Of a stretch of 20,283 nt of DNA, positions 19,155 to 20,283 are shown in pieces. Each line of letters opens with the position of its first letter. Position 1 is the first letter of the stretch. Source of the DNA: Saprolegnia diclina VS20 (Eukaryota). Under the pieces are notes generated by a model. It saw only the letters and a list, made by a program, of their open reading frames with translations, was not told the origin of the DNA and did not search any database. Both the position numbers and the translations under genes were made by a program. The stretch covers positions 215,286 to 235,568 of the forward strand of contig NW_008246076.1 in NCBI RefSeq assembly GCF_000281045.1, written 5' to 3'.

Positions 19155-19814
19155 TTATCGACGGCTCGAAAAGTGGCAGAGACTACAGCCGACAAACACA
19201 AGACCGTACAGCACCAGTGCCGCCCCAACCGTTTGCAGCGTGTCGCCATTTTGAAGCCACCTATGACGCAGCGTCGCGAGGTCCCCATAGTGGAGAAAGT
19301 GCCGAGGGGGCACTAGCGCCGGGTCGTTCGACGCTACCATCGCCCATCCAAGCGTCTTCTCACCCGCTGCGTCACACAGGGGCACGGACTCGAGCAGCCA
19401 CACGCACGACACCAAAGCGCTCTGAGCAATCGCGGCTTCGACCGTCTGGTGCCCAGGAATGGGGGCCGTACTCTCCTCGTTCGTCGTCTTAGCCTGGTCG
19501 CAGTTGCAACGGAGGAGGTCCGGGTCCGTCACGAGGATGCGATGACCACTTGCTGTGACGATGACCAGCTCGTCGGCTCGGCTGGCATCACTCTCGCTGC
19601 GCTTGGCGACACGGCCCGAGAACTGCACGTCGTACGCCACTCGGCCCGGTGTCTCGGGCTGGAGCGGCAATGCCTCGATCGAAGCAACGGTCTGCAGCGC
19701 GTCGCTTAGGCGGACAAGCTGCGCGCGTTTGGCATAGGCCACGTGGCCCAAGTAGACACAATGGCCGCCCAAGTAGAGAAGCGGAAGGGTCGTGACCAGT
19801 GCGCTCGGTCGCAT
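19155..19814 (-). CDS. Hypothetical membrane protein with N- and C-terminal TM helices (GIDE/MUL1-like topology, no RING); 219 aa
   Basis: Open frame from ATG 19814 (MRPSALVTTLPLLYLGGHCVYLG) to TVGAALVLYGLVFVGCSLCHFSSRR*, with an INR/FPR-like motif just upstream. The family assignment is tentative. Confidence 0.65.
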   Translation of the reverse strand: MRPSALVTTLPLLYLGGHCVYLGHVAYAKRAQLVRLSDALQTVASIEALPLQPETPGRVAYDVQFSGRVAKRSESDASRADELVIVTASGHRILVTDPDLLRCNCDQAKTTNEESTAPIPGHQTVEAAIAQSALVSCVWLLESVPLCDAAGEKTLGWAMVASNDPALVPPRHFLHYGDLATLRHRWLQNGDTLQTVGAALVLYGLVFVGCSLCHFSSRR

Positions 19815-19827
19815 GTCGTTGGGATGT

Positions 19828-19845
19828 TGAAATTTGAAAATGCAT
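19828..19845 (-). promoter_or_regulatory. INR+FPR-like core promoter of the 19814 gene
   Basis: Minus-strand ATGCATTTTCAAATTTCA (about 12/16 to consensus), about 14 nt upstream of the ATG. Confidence 0.45.
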
Positions 19846-20167
19846 GGCGCGAGTGTTGACGAACCGTGGGATCCCAAAGAAAAATACATGTTTTAAACAT
19901 ATTTCTTATTCCATTGGGTATCGAGTCCGGTGCAGCAAAACTCGACCAGCACAAACAGAGGATCGTGCATGTCCCATCAACAATCAACGACGCGTCTTCC
20001 TTCATGATCATGCCGACGAGTTGTTGGTGGTGCCAGGTTGCGACCCCAACGGCCGGTCGAGAACGTTGGTCGTGCCGCTGCATTCCCATTGGTTGCTTCG
20101 ATATTTTTGCTCGCGGCTGATTGGCGCATTCGAGAAAGGCCGTCTTCGTCGCCACATTTCAATTTGT

Positions 20168-20283
20168 ATGAGTGCAAGCGTCGGGCTCGTCCTCGGCGGC
20201 GGCGTCTCGGTCCTCTTTGGCCGCGCCTTTTATGCGCTCCGCGACGACGCCCTCGGTGACGTGGACGTTGTGCGAGCGAGCCT
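20168..20283 (+). CDS. 5' end of a gene with an N-terminal hydrophobic segment, truncated by the window edge
   Basis: ATG 20168 follows CACATTTCAATTTG. The frame stays open to the window end: MSASVGLVLGGGVSVLFGRAFYALRDDALGDVDVVRAS. Confidence 0.55.
   Translation, partial: MSASVGLVLGGGVSVLFGRAFYALRDDALGDVDVVRAS

Overview
Eukaryotic, gene-dense, GC-rich genomic DNA with many very short spliceosomal introns (32 reconstructed by hand, 43-72 nt, mostly 44-50 nt). It also carries oomycete-type INR+FPR core-promoter motifs, so the source is most likely an oomycete, possibly Saprolegniales (inference). Manual splicing gives ten complete genes: a TruA/PUS3-family tRNA pseudouridine synthase (+), a secreted Gly-Trp/Pro-Gly repeat protein (+), a bacterial-type HutD/Ves protein with one intron (-), a PP2C phosphatase starting MGC (-), a PHD-finger plus 7-repeat RCC1 protein (-), a mitochondrial-type class I DnaJ (+), a small ABM-domain protein that no single ORF in the track captures (-), a PH-like protein (-), a divergent PP2A B''-gamma-like EF-hand protein that probably uses a GC-AG intron (+), and a two-TM membrane protein (-). 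Partial genes probably lie at both edges. I found no tRNA, rRNA, CRISPR array or intact mobile element, and no multi-gene novel system I can support. The best leads are the intron-bearing HutD (HGT candidate), the PHD-RCC1 fusion with an extra Cys/His insert, the bipartite secreted repeat protein and the hidden ABM gene. Family assignments come from remembered motifs; no database searches were run.
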